A stretch of DNA of 64,000 nt from Nageia nagi (Eukaryota > Plantae > Pinophyta). The translations under genes were made by a program, and so were the position numbers. The notes below the pieces were generated by a model, which saw nothing but the letters and a program-made list of their open reading frames with translations, ran no database searches and had not been told where the DNA came from. The stretch spans positions 6,696,001 to 6,760,000 of the forward strand of contig JBITNC010000001.1 in assembly GCA_050084985.1 (NCBI GenBank), given 5' to 3'. This document shows, one piece after another, positions 1 to 12,824 of this stretch; the first letter of the stretch is position 1; each line of letters begins with the position of its first letter.

Positions 1-879
1 GCAGATGAAGAGAAGGATTTACTTAAGTATAAATGACAAGCATTTCATTCTCACTAAGGCACATTATCAGGGCCTCATGATGCAGGCCACATAATTTTGA
101 GCTCTTGAAATTGCAAGACCCATTTTGGTGTGGCTTCTTCAAAAGCACATCAGGAGATTCAAGAGTGGGCCGACCATCTGACATCACCAAAGAGGAGTGG
201 AAATCCGTAGAGCTCGAGGAAAATTCAGGGCAGATTTGATTTGCTTGTAGATTTGATCTATCCACTTTCTTTTTTAGTTCATATGTATTTATGGGGTTTT
301 GGAAATTGTCATTTCATTGATTTGACCAATGTGTTGATGAGTTTACTTCCACCAGATCAAATGTCAAACTTTGCTACCGCATCTAATTTTATTTTCATAG
401 ACTAGAAGTGCATTTGATTTTTCGGTGCTAGTATTTATTTTTTGTTAGTTATTAAATGCCATGGCATACAAAGTAGCATAGATGTTTGTGATGATTTGAC
501 GTTTATTTCCATATTAGATTTGATACTTTTAGGGCAAGATTAGGGCAACATCGCATTTATTGCGGCTGCCTTTTTTGAAACTATAAGTACCTGATTTAGG
601 TCATTTTGTAATAGAGTTTTTGAGAGGATGAAAAGGAGTGTGACAATTAGATAGAAAAGTTTGCTATGCTATAGAAGAGTTATCTCTCTGAAAAATAGTT
701 TCTATTTGGAAGTATTGCTTTGAAGATTAATGCAATTGGAGACTTCATTTCGTGGGATTATGCATATTATCTTGTAAGATTTTCTTACGAGTTTGGATAA
801 TTTTTACTGCTTAAGTGCATTCTCTTTGAAAACTAAGAGTTTTAAGAGGAGATAGTTGAATATTTTGTGAAGTATGGAT

Positions 880-1495
880 TATTCATTGCATGATTCGCAC
901 ATAAGTGTATGTATTCTGCGGCGAAAAGCTTATCTCTATGTCATTGAGCTAGAATATGTATTCATATGTGGTCCTTTCCCTTGATTTTTCATTTCCATCA
1001 AGTCTTCCATCCTAAAGCCAACAACTTCCTGCTCTCGTCTAGTAGCAACTTGAGCTTTGCTATTTGCTGCTAGGCTTGATAAGTGAATACATATTTCTCA
1101 AGGAATCCGGAGATGACCTGCTGAGACATTGCATCACTAGTGGATGTTTCTTTGCTAGCTTGACTTAAACTTCCTGTGCCTCTCACTTTTTATTTTCTTT
1201 TCTTTTCTTTGAAAACCAGTTTCCCTTTCGTTGTTGCTAAATCCTCAAATGACCTCAAGTTTAAACGAATCTCAGTAAAATAATAAGACATAACCTAACC
1301 AAAAAACAAAGTCTAGAGCCCTTATATAACAAGTTCACAACTCTCATCTCTCCTTACTTGAGTTGCTCTAGGATTCACAAACCATTAGACAAACTATAAA
1401 GAGACAAGTGACAAACTATAAGTCATAGTGACCTGAAAAGAAACCTTGGGGTAGAGAGTCCTTTCAAATGGGAGTAGGTAACGTTACTTCACCTA
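880..1495 (+). repeat. Old LTR-like repeat, diverged copy of ~9280-9800
   Basis: Shared blocks with 9280-9800, e.g. AAACCTTGGGGTAGAGAGTCCT (1441) vs AAACCTTGGGGTAACCAGTCCT (~9749), and GATAAGTGAATACATAT vs GATAAGTGAGTAAGCATAT. Boundaries approximate. Confidence 0.5.
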
Positions 1496-1849
1496 AGTTG
1501 TTGAGTCCATTCCTAGTGTTGATTGCAACCTTGCTTAGGAGGAAAGGAAAACACATCAACACAAGGCAATATTAGTCAGCCTAGGCAACATCAGTCAACC
1601 TTGACATCAGTTACCACACCTCAAGCTAGTAAGCATGCTACAAACTAGTCAACATGCCACAAGGGCTTACTAAGAACAATTGCTGATTTTGCAAGTGAAG
1701 AAGGCCCAAAGATTGATGGAGCATACTTGAAGTTGATGATAGAAGATGCATCACTTATGCAATTTATGGATCAGCCACCTTAGATTTAGTCAGAATCCAG
1801 TTTTGAAGTCAATCTATGTTAGTTGACTTAAATTTTGAAGTCAGTCTAT

Positions 1850-2390
1850 GTTTGCTAACTTAGCGAAATGTAATTTTTTTTTAAAATTAGAATTAGGGCA
1901 ACACTAAGAAGGCCTAGAAATTCTATAAATAGACCCAAGGGGGTTTTATTTTAGTAGAATGAAATTTTGTGAAAAATCAAAATCTTTTGTAAGAGGAGCA
2001 AACTTGAAATTTTTTGTATAACTCTTTTTACAAAGGTAATGCTAAGTGGTGAGTTAAAGACCAAAGCGAATATATCATTTATGGAGTTGTGGACTGGATC
2101 TTGTTGTAGCTTTCATCTATAATTTGAATGCTTTCGCGTTTTTCTTTGATAACGTATGAGTTTTAGGAAAAAATTGTTGAAAATTCTCTAAAGCATTTGA
2201 ATTGCTTTAAGATTGTTACTTATCCATAGTTTGCATGTTTAATAAATGTATTTTGAATTCGCTTTCTTTCTACTCCATTTGATTAGAAGATTCATTCAAA
2301 ACAAGTCATTTCATGAGTTTTGCACTAAGTTCTTTTGATTGCCAATCGGTCCTATAAAAGTACCAACAATCAACTTCACTCTTACTTGAA
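1850..2390 (+). repeat. Dispersed direct repeat, copy 1 (LTR-like); copy 2 at ~9855-10335
   Basis: Colinear alignment over ~500 bp with 9855-10335 (CTTAGCGAAATGTAATTTTTT, TTAAAGACCAAAGCGAA, TTCATTCAAAACAAGTC, TTGCCAATCGGTC). TATAAATAG at ~1924. Confidence 0.8.
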
Positions 2391-4091
2391 ATAATTTTGA
2401 AAACAATCATTTATTTCAAGCTTGATGAATTGAATGAAACTATCTTAATTGATCTGAAAAGAAAGAAGTTTAGACAATGCTTCATTGTAATGGTTGCTTT
2501 GAAACCAAACCAGCATTGTGTTGAAACATTCGCTCTCATTTGCTTACTTTTCCTTTTCTTGCTTTCTTTTTTTTTAACTTTCTTTACAATCGCAACAACT
2601 TTCATTGTTCTTGTCTCCTATTGTCGTTCATTTTCATTGGTATTTGCATTTTCGTTTGAGAATCCTCCATCATAGGCCTTTTTAGCTGGAGTTCTATACT
2701 CAAGCTCTCTTTCTCTCCTTCGTAGTCCTATTTGACTTGTAACTGAAGTTGGTTTTGCATGATTATCTCTTGGTTCTGGATCATTCTTCTTGTTAAACTA
2801 TAAATGTTTTGATATTTGTGTTTCAATCCTCTCCAAATGTTGTTTCATCTCTTGGTAAATCTTGTCATTTTCCATTTACATGCTGTTAGTACGAGCACTC
2901 ACCTTGATTTTTGCCACCCCTTAGCATGTTGTTGAGCCCATAGATAGTGTAGAGGTGGTCTAATCCAACCAACCTAGGGTATAAGCCCCTATTCAAATAT
3001 GACTTTTTTGTCTTGTTAGGATTGAATTTGTAATTTTAAAATTGTGATGTAGGGGCTGTTCATTCCTATTTTCACTTTCATATATATCTTTTGGGGTCTA
3101 GGAGGTATGAGGAAAGTTGAACCCTCACTTAAGAGGAAAATACCATGAACTAGATTCCTTTTGATGCTTGCGGCTATGGTTCTTTACGACAATATTTCTT
3201 TAACACCATCATTTATATTGGATTTACCACCCCTAGATCTCGAATGTTATCCATCGTACCCTCAAATCCGAGGATCCTTTGAACCCAACAATTATTGTAC
3301 TATCATGATTGACCACACCTTGGCCAAATTGTGTGCCACCATTATTGAGAAGTACCTATCATAGCTGGTAGATGCTAGAGGCTTTAGGGCATGAGGATAG
3401 GCGATTTCCATAGGGATTACTACCTCTGACCACATCCTCACCCTTCAAGAGATAATTTAGGCTTACAGTGTTAAAGCATTGGGCATTTTGGGAATGGATG
3501 CCAAAGCATTGGCTGATTTGGGCTTGAATGCGTTTACTCTCATTTTGACCTATGTTTCGAACTTTCAATCCTTTCAATGCATAAAATTTTGATGATTCAA
3601 CTGTGATGATAAAGGATGATATTTTTTTAATTTCAAGGTTACACAACCCCGCAAAATGAGGATATGGGGGAATGTGCATCCAGGATCCTTGGGGGGATCT
3701 TTTTTGGGGAACGTTTCGAGAATGATAGAGGATTGATAAGTATAATACTAGTAAAAATTCTTGAAATTTTAGATATTTGAGATTTCATTGTTTCAAATTC
3801 ATTATTATCATCAATTCAATCATGTATACAAAACTTGGAATTGGAATTAGACATCATGTATGAATAAGAAAATCAAATAGCCATAATCAATGATCATAAG
3901 ACATGTAATTAAGTTTGAATCACTCTAGCACATGATATATTATTAATGTGATTGTGAAATCGGAAATACTGAAATTATAGTAGTAAAATTGTAAATCTAA
4001 ATACATAGACTAGAAGTAGACTTTGACATGAATATGTCAAGTAGCAAAATGCCCAAATCAAAATTATGGCTCTATGGTCGGATATCCTGCT

Positions 4092-5271
4092 TGTAATGAA
4101 CCGAATGCAATCTCAAAATAAATTGATCAATTCCAGCCAAGCAAATGCCCAAGTCAGGCCTAGAAGTATAAATGCAATCTTAAACAACCTCAAGGTGCCA
4201 AAGTTAGGGTTAGGGCATCAATTACAAGCATCAATGATACAACAATGCCAACGTTTGGCTCATACATGCATAAAGAGACAAATATACCACAACGTTGCAA
4301 TAATGAAGCATACACACAAGTAATATGCGATCTGAATGCCCATTGGCTGTATATATGATGTAGAATGAATAGCAATACAATACCAAGCTCCCAGAGTTGG
4401 ATGTTGGCCTCCAAGGAGCCAATTAGGGAACAATGTAGTTCCTCAAAATGGATAGACGGATGGGATAGTCTTGCTCCCTTAGAACCCGAACCCTCTCCAC
4501 TAAAAGAGCCCTCCTTTGATTGTGGAAATCATTGAAGGTAGAAGCGAGACCTCAAAATACCACTGGATGGGCAAGGGTGCTACACCAACGTCGTAGACTA
4601 AGAGGATCCCTCATCCTAATAGCCCTCCTAGATGCTGCACCTAGGGGATTGCTTAACGTTGCTAAGTCTTCTTGTTCTTCCAACAGAATAAGTGTAATAA
4701 TAATCAAGCATATCCAATAATGAGGCTCCAGTGTCCTTTTATAACACTTGGCTAGATTTGTATCTCACCTGGGAATCATTGCCAACTCCTCTAATCCAAC
4801 GTTAGCCTTCTGGAGGGCCCAAAATGCCCAACGTGGGTGCCTAGGGGTCAAGCATGCCAACGTAGGGGCCCTGAGTGTCATAAGTGCCAATGTGGGGGTT
4901 TGAGGTGCCATGCATGCCTAACGTGGGTCAAGGAGCCATGCGTGGGGGTTGGGTGTCATCATGGGCCAATGTGGGGGTCTAGGAGTCTCCCCAAGGGTAA
5001 CGCATGTACATAAGTGCTCATCCCATCTCTTAAGTGCTAAATGGACCTTGGGATTCCCACAATCATGATCAAGATCTCCAAGTACACTAAAACTCCTAAT
5101 CAATGCTTGGGAGGGAGACGTCCCACTTGGGGGTCACAACGGGGTCCATTTAGCAATGAAATCTTCTATCCCAAGAAATAACTTAAAAGCCAATGCAATA
5201 ATAAAATATATTACAAAGAGGAATCCGTTGGATCCCATAATTATTTCCAATAATACAAGGGGGATGTCACA
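4092..5271 (-). mobile_element. Complete 3' LTR (~1.18 kb) of a Ty3/gypsy chromovirus-type family (same family as 48524-53096)
   Basis: Minus strand starts TGTGACATCCC and ends GGTTCATTACA. It is preceded by a PPT and aligns with the LTR at 48524-49761. Confidence 0.85.
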
Positions 5272-5285
5272 AAGCCTCCCCTCTT
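5272..5285 (-). promoter_or_regulatory. Polypurine tract of the gypsy element
   Basis: Minus strand AAGAGGGGAGGCTT abuts the LTR TG. Same context as + strand 52813-52826 (CTTGAGGGCAA...GAGGGGAGGCTT). Confidence 0.8.
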
Positions 5286-5559
5286 GAATTGGTTGCCCTC
5301 AAGTAATGGTGGAAGACTGCAACTGCAATGTTCCAAATGAACATTTGTGCCAAATGTACTCTTCAATTCCAACTAGGGTTTCCAAACCCTCAGTCAGTCT
5401 CCCACGTTGAGCCCCTAAGGCTTTCGGACACTTGCCAACTCCAACGTTGGGCCTCCAAGACACCCAACAACTCCCCAAACCGGACGTTGGGCTCCTAGGG
5501 CATCAAATACCTCCACAGGCTTGACGTCAGCCTTTCTACACTACCATTTGCATACTACA

Positions 5560-7300
5560 CCTCACGAATGCATATAATGATGAATTATAAATGGGATACC
5601 ATCACAATATCCATACACTGGAAAACCAACATAAACAAATGGTCTAAACCCTAACACATGCACATGAATACCAATCGCACAACAAGAATGAGATAAGCAA
5701 TATTATTAGATCCCAAATCACCCTAAGGCTTGTATAGTGATAGCTGAGTACAATACTAGGCCCTCTCGGCCAGATCTAGCAATCCACACTCTGAACACAC
5801 AATCGAAACCGTGGGATAGATGAATCCCCTCAGTACCTGATTCCACCCTTGCGAAGGAGCCTCCTCGAATCCCGATGAACCACTGAAGGTGGGGGTTGGC
5901 CCTCGGATGCCACTGGATGGGTTAGATGCTTCACCTAACCGTAGATGCTTGGGATCCCTCAGCCCAAACACGCTCTGGATGCTCCATCTAGGAAAGTACA
6001 CTTGACGTGTCACACGGACAGAGTAGTAATAGCAATATCAATAATTCAGTCTATCTCCAAATGAACTCCTTTCAAGTATTTATAAGCTCCAGTCAATAGT
6101 TCAACTTGAACTTATCCATAAATGTAATGACCCTATTTTTGAGAATATCTTGTATTTGGGATTTTCCACAAATCTCTTTTTCTACAAGTTAGATATGGCC
6201 GTTGCACCTTCAGAATTGGATAGAGCATCTCGTGGCATTTGCTTTAAGTGGTCACACGACCCCTTTTGGACAAGAAACGACGGAGTTATGGCTACTTGAA
6301 GTTCACCAGTGGGACCAGTTTTCCATATCGCGCCCACACACGAAAATCCACTTAACTTAGTGGATTTCCTACTTAAAAGTGCAACGTTGGATTATAATAA
6401 GCTTTTATGTTATTCTATTGTTATTTTAAGTACTTTTATTTGTAATAAAGCTAATCAATGGCTTAGATTAGCTTAGAGGGGTCAATGCAAGATTAGGGTT
6501 GGAGTCTATATAAGGAGATGCAACACTCCATTTTGGGCATGTTATTGATATTATTGAAATTGAAATCTGAAACCCTTGAGTTTCTTTGAATGAAGATCGA
6601 AGGTCTTGCTCACTCCAAAGTGCATTGAAGCTGCATGGTTGGGATCTTTGGCAATTTCATTGAAGGTTTGATTTCCCTAACAACACAAAAATGCAAAAAT
6701 AGTCCCAAAGAGATTCGTGGCATTTTGGGGGTGTTATATTTACATTTTGATGTTATTTTGTGGATGCCCTTGGTTATTCCAGGGCATGTATTGTCTTGCA
6801 ATAGTTTAATATGTTCTCTTGGCTGGTTATTTCTCATTTCTGGGTGTCTTTTGAGTAATATTTCAGTTTTGTATATTTTCTATACTTGTATTTCTGTAAT
6901 TTCGTTTTTGGGACATTACAATAAACCTTCTATTCCAATGTTTGGCTTTTGGAGGGCCCCAGTGACTTTAATGCACCGTTATGATGTCTTGGAATGCCAA
7001 CGCAACAAAATAAGGCCTAGTAATGCCAAAGTGAGGTCCCAATCAACTTGAAGTGCCGATGTTGAGGTGTGGAGCCCTCCTTGAGGTGGCGCAAGCATGA
7101 CTACCATTCTGGGATACTAGGACTCATTGGGATTCCCACAACTCAAGATGTCCAACCTACAACACACTAACACAACTACTTAAGAGAGAGATGTTTTGCT
7201 AGGGGCTCACAAGTGGGGTCCACATGACCCAATATGTCTCTTGTCTTAAGCTGCAACCATGAACATGACCAAAGACAAGGGATATCTCTAAGATATCTAC
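5560..7300 (-). mobile_element. Degenerate internal LTR copy of the same gypsy family, interrupted by a solo LTR
   Basis: TTGGGATTCCCACAA and GGGCTCACAAGTGGGGTCCA blocks match 5048-5150 and 8967-9080. TATA on minus strand near 6080. No clean termini. Confidence 0.6.
6123..6920 (+). mobile_element. Solo LTR (798 bp), gypsy-like
   Basis: TGTAATGACCC...GGGACATTACA termini, perfect 5-bp TSD ATAAA on both sides, internal CTATATAAGG TATA box (~6507). Confidence 0.92.
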
Positions 7301-7520
7301 TTGGTGAATACAAATCATGGGCAGGTGAAAACAGATGGAACCTTTACTCCGTGCATGAAGCGAAGTCACTTCAAAGCTCAACGTGGAGTTCCAAACTTCC
7401 TCAACAGCCGGTGTGAAGCAAGAAACCTACCCATCCTCCAACGTGGGGTACCAAGTTGCCTTCAGGCTTATCATCCCACTCCCTATGTCCCCTGTACTCC
7501 ACATGGTGAATAGAAACTCC

Positions 7521-7850
7521 CTCATATCCAATGTTGAGTATCCAACCTCCTTAGGATTCAATACTAGATGACAAGCCTCCTTGAAGCCTGACGTGAGACG
7601 TTTAACCTCTCCAAAGTTCAACATGGGGTGTCTGGCCATGCCAAGGCCCAACGTGAGGTGTCCAACTCCCCCAAGGCTCAACATGAGGTATCCAGCCTCT
7701 CCAATGTCTGGCATGGGTTAGCCAACCTCTCCAAGGCCTAACGTGAGGTGTCCAACTCCTCCAAGACCCAACGTGGGGTGTCCATCCTCTTCAGAACCCA
7801 ATGTGAGGTATCCAGCCTCTCCAAGGCCCAACGTGGGGAGCCAGTAGTCC
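7521..7850. repeat. 30-bp minisatellite (~11 units) in the 3' internal region of the gypsy family
   Basis: Units such as CCAAGGCCCAACGTGAGGTGTCCAACTCCC in 30-bp register. Minus-strand translation gives HPTLGLGEVG-like decapeptide repeats. Homologous array at ~51990-52330. Confidence 0.9.
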
Positions 7851-7999
7851 CTCAAGCTCTTCTTCTCATACTCAAGCTCTCTGATGTGCAACGTAGGGGG
7901 TAGGGGCTCCTTATTGCTTTCTTCCTCATGCCATGACCCCCAACATTGCACCTATTGAGCCAGGAAACAACTCAAAAGCTCAACGTGGCACTAGGGCAT

Positions 8000-9191
8000 C
8001 CACAAATCATGCTAAACATGCCATAAACAATCCCTAAAATATGATGTCACACCAAGAGAAGCAAGATATCATCAAACGCATATCACAATGAGACAAGAAA
8101 TGGAGATTAAGTGCGCCAAGGCTAAATTAATGACAAAATGATGAGTACAATACAATACCAGGCCCTCAAGGGCTCAACATTGACCTTCAAGGAGCGAACT
8201 AGGGCACATTGATTTGCAAATATGATCACTCATGTAGATATGTTGTAGAACAACCACACTCTTCCAAATCTGTGGATGCCTCACTGAAGGGCTTCCTCAC
8301 AGGCTAGCTCCTGGCGAAGAGAACAAGTGCGATTTCGGAATGCCATCGGATGGATTCAAAGGTGCAGATTGCTATGGACGCCTCAAGGTAGGGCAACCTC
8401 ACAACACAAACAATCACCTCAACCACTAGTTAGAAGGCGTTCCAAGCCTCTTGTATTCTCCCTGGTCTACACGCCCAAGGGTGCTTGACACCACCAAGTC
8501 TTTAGTAACTCCAAAGAGAAGAAAGGGTTTCAATATAATAATCAACATATCTCTGCAATGATGATCCATTGCCTTATATAACATTCCATGGATCTGGATC
8601 TCACCTCGAAGTCATCACCCAATCTCCCCAATCCAATGTTAGCCTCTTAGAAGCTCCAAAATGCCCAATGTGGGTGTTTAGGGGTCATACATGCCCAACG
8701 TGGGTGTCTAGGGCTCATGCATACCCAATGTGGGTGTTTAGGAGTCATACATGCTCAACGTGGGTGTCTAGAGGTCACATATGCTAACGTGGGTGTCTAG
8801 GAGTCATGCGTGGGTGTCTTGGTGTCATCATGGGCCAACATGGGGGTTTGGGAGTCTCCCCAAGGTTGGCGCAAGTGTGTAAGTGTAATAATGCTCCCCA
8901 AGTCCAACGTTGGGGTTATAGGTGACTATCCATGTTAATGTGCCATCCTAGGTGCTATACAAGACTTGGGATTCCCACAATCAATATTTAGGATCTCCAA
9001 GTGTACAAACAATAAAAAATAACTCATCCTAATCTTGTGAGGAAAATGTCCCTCTTTGGGGTTCACAATGTGGGTCCAATGGACCATTACTTTTCTATCC
9101 CAAGTAACTAATAATGCAAAAACAAAATATTTACAAAGGGAACACCTAGGATCCCAAATTTACTTATTTTTGTTCAAAAAGGGATGTTACA
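8000..9191 (-). mobile_element. LTR of the same gypsy family (U3 start intact, U5 end unclear), with its own 30-bp tandem repeats at 8661-8810
   Basis: Minus strand begins TGTAACATCCC at 9191. Aligns with 4400-5271. Repeats ATGCCCAA(T/C)GTGGGTGT(T/C)TAGGGGTCATAC. Confidence 0.75.
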
Positions 9192-9854
9192 AGTTGTTAT
9201 ATGACTTGTGAGCATTTCTTGTGAGTGTATGCTTGTGAGAAAGTTGAACGAACATCTTAAAAAGTTATATGATTGCTACTTGATGAACATTGTTCACTCC
9301 ATATATAAATGGATGTATGTTAGTGAAATTCTCTTTATGTCGTTCGGTTTGATATGCTATTCATGTTATTGCTCTTGGTAACATCATTATAGGCTCGCTC
9401 TTGTCTACAATTTGGACTTGATCATTTGTGGTAAGGTTGGATAAGTGAGTAAGCATATCATAATAAACCCGGAGAGAAGTTGATCTAGCCATTGGTCCAT
9501 TGGTGAACTTGTCTTTTAATAAACTCATCTCTTATGCCATCATCCCCATTTTGCATTTCCTTTAGCTTTTACTTTGTTATTCCCCCCTCCCTATTTTGTT
9601 TTTACCCTCAAAAGTTTATCCTTTCAATTGGTGTAAAACAACTCCAGTGCCCATAGTAAAAGTGGTAACAATTGTTGTCTCTCCTTTCCATTGGCTCATT
9701 CCAAGTTCAAGTTCTTATCACTACCATAGAAAACACTTTGAGATATAGAAACCTTGGGGTAACCAGTCCTCGCAAGCGGAGTTAGTAATGCAGCCTTGAC
9801 CACATGTTTGGATGCCTTTCCATTTATCACTTAAGTTAGACTTGTCAGGATGTT

Positions 9855-10335
9855 ATCTGACTTAGCGAAATGTAATTTTTTTAATGTTTTTTTTTTCTTT
9901 TTATTTATTTATTTATTTTTTTATTTTGTGAAAAACAAATTTGTTTTTGTAAGAGGAACAAACTTGAAAACTTTTGTACAACTCTTTTTACAAAGTTAAT
10001 GCAAATTGGTGACTTAAAGACCAAAGCGAATCTATTATTTATGGAGTTCTGGACTGAATTTGTTGTAGTTTTCTTCTACGATTTGAATGCTCATGCTTTT
10101 CTTTAGTTTTAGGAAAATTTTGTTGAAAATTCTCTAAAGCGTTTGAATTACTTTAAGATTTTTACTTTTCCATGGCTTGCATGCTTAATGAATGTATTCT
10201 GAATTCGTTTTCTTTCTATGCCATTTGATTAGAAGTTTCATTCAAAACAAGTCGGTTCGTGTGTTCTATGCTAAGTTCTTTTAATTGCCAATCGGTCTTG
10301 CAAAAGGAGTACGAACAGTAAACTTCGCTCCTAGC
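9855..10335 (+). repeat. Dispersed direct repeat, copy 2 of 1850-2390
   Basis: Colinear alignment with 1850-2390. Confidence 0.8.
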
Positions 10336-10688
10336 TCTTACCTTAGATCTCCTTCCCCATTAAGCATTTTAGGGTGGTTAGTGTTCATTGGATCTAAAAA
10401 AAATATTGATGAAACCTAAGGTTTTGGTCAAAAATAATTTTAGTAGTTGGCTTTACCATAAATTTCAATTTTTTGATGGAAAAGAATACAAAATGTCAAG
10501 TTCAATTTGTAAACACAAAAATAATGAACAATGTATTGAAACATGCACATTTGTTTGTGTACATAATAAAAATAGATAAATAACAATGTGTAGTAATTTA
10601 GTATCATGGAATATCTCAAGATGAGATACAAAGAGGTGAAGGATTGGGAGCTTACTTGTAGATGACTTGTGAACTTGGAGGGTTAACC

Positions 10689-11840
10689 TGTAATGTCCCC
10701 AATTACGAGAAACCTTGTTGAAGGTATAACTTTGGCCACAATCTCTAGATCATTGATTTGTCTTCTGAAACGGATAGGGTGTCTCATGCCAAACATTTTG
10801 ACAGGTTATACAACCTATTTTTGGCAAAAAATGAGGAGATATGGACTTTTGAAAATTCGCCCCTAAAGCCAGTTTCTACTATCGTGCAAGCGGGACCCAG
10901 TTTATTTAGTGTTGTTTCTTACACTTATTATTAATGGTCTGGCCCTATGAGGGGTATTAGGAGTGAATTATATTTAGATTAGGAGCCTTTGTTATTTTAG
11001 AATAATAGTGGGCCATGTTTTGTAATAAAGAAATATATTATTCCTTAATTGCCCAATGTCTAGCTTAGGAGGAGTCATTTGTCCATTAAGAGTTATTTAT
11101 ATTTCTAGTTTGGGTGGGCCAACCACAAATTAGAATTGAACTTCTATAAAAGGGAAGTGAGCACCTCATTTGAAGACATCATCTTGTGCATTCGATCTTG
11201 GATCATTCGGAGCTTAGGGATGCTTCCCTTCTTTACCTTCTAGGGCTTAAGACTACTCCCTAGCCTACAAATGGTTCATCTATACTTCTACACCTTTTGG
11301 AGAGCTTGCGCCTATCATTCTTGCCACTTGGGAGCTTGTGCCAACCATTGGGAGATATCTTGAGACTTGCACCTAGCTTGGAAGCCTTCTTGGGATATGC
11401 GCCAACCTTGAGGAGTCTAGTTTGAGCATTTTGGAGTCTTGGGCTTTTCCTTAGAACTTGTTACATGCTTGTTAGAGCCCTATACTTATTCTTGGTTCAT
11501 TATTGATGATATTGGCTCTTATATTGCATCTTGAATGTGAATGAGTGTTCTTATATATTTTTGCTATGCGTCTATCTTCTTTGTGCATGGGAATGTATGC
11601 GAATTGAGTAATTTTGGAGCTATTTTTGTTATATAACAGATCTGATTTGTACCCTAGTTTTGGTCATGTTCACAACTTCACATGTTACAAGAGCTTTATA
11701 TCAGATTTTGCTACTGCTGTTATATTCCAGTTTTGAGCGTATTTTTGGATGGTTAATGAGAATGTTCATTGATGCCCTAATTTGTGAATGAATGCGAAAT
11801 TGAATACTAAATTGGATACACCCTAGAAAGGTTCATTATA
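10689..11840 (+). mobile_element. Solo LTR (~1.15 kb), gypsy-like
   Basis: Starts TGTAATGTCCCC and ends GGTTCATTATA (CA decayed to TA; compare GGTTCATTACA of the 4092 LTR). TSD TAACC/GAACC (4/5). CTATAAAAGG TATA at ~11144. Confidence 0.8.
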
Positions 11841-11852
11841 GAACCCTAGCTA

Positions 11853-12791
11853 TGAAAATGTTAATCTCCAGACCTCCGGGTGTTAGAGCTCCAGGTATTC
11901 CCAACTTTCAGGCTTTGTCTCCATTCCTGGGAGATAGCTGCACCTGTTTCGGGCTCCTGTCTCCTACTCCGGGTGTTAATCTCCAAACTCCGAGGTCTAT
12001 CTTTCCTCCGTTCCGGGATATGGTGACTACAGGAATTACTTCCCGGGCTTTGGGACTCGGCAAACGTGCGACCTACCTCTCGAAGATCAGCCTTTAGCAG
12101 TTTGTGTTCTTCGGGCTTTGTTGACCCCGCTTCCGGGACTTAAACTCTATTACTTCGGGCTCTATCTCTTCTGGGTAGTAACAAACCATGGGAACTATTT
12201 TTTGCCTTCCAAGCTGCAAGTAGTGATAACACCCGCTGATTTTGGTGAGTGACATCACCATTTTAGAGCCCAGATTTCGGGTAGTATTGCGCTATATCCG
12301 GATTTACACATCGGAAACCTTTAAGGAATCTCTATTGCGGAATTAAATGCTCAATCGTTGACACTAGTTTTTGAATAGCGGCATTAACTTTTTTTGTACA
12401 AAAATGGTTGATCTACCTTTTGCAATCATTTAATGTGTTTCAGACATCATGCATACAAGGGCATGGGCTTCATCTACTTTGCAGAAAGGACGATAGAATG
12501 CGTGCATGGAGCCATGCTACATTTAATTGTATTTTGAACAAGTAGCATGCATGTAATATTTTATCTTAGTATAAGTCTAGATAGCCAAAGTGTAAATAAA
12601 AAAGATGGAGCAAGTTAAAAAACCATGTATGTTTTCCAGTTAGCTCTGAGAGAGCCTTGTAATAGTTTTACCTCTTTGCAATACATATATTTTGGTCTCC
12701 AATTTATCTCGTTGTTTATTCCGCCTATGGTTAGCCTCGCTGTGCTTTGGCTATACACATTATTTGTTTTCTCTGTCTTTCAAAATCATCA
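11853..12791 (+). repeat. 5' LTR of copia-1
   Basis: TGAAAATGTTAATCTCC...CAAAATCATCA, direct repeat of 17046-18015. Confidence 0.92.
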
Positions 12792-12824
12792 ATTGGTATT
12801 AGAGCAGGATATTTATTGGGTTAA

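Noticed and set aside
2640-3720. Possible decayed ORFs (gag-like on minus, accessory-ORF-like on plus; listed ORFs 3161-3364 and 3359-3679)
   Set aside because: No recognisable motif. Probably TE-derived but cannot be assigned without a search.
7521-8810. 30-bp periodic repeats as a CRISPR array
   Set aside because: Units are contiguous with no unique spacers, there are no cas genes, and the context is a plant retroelement.
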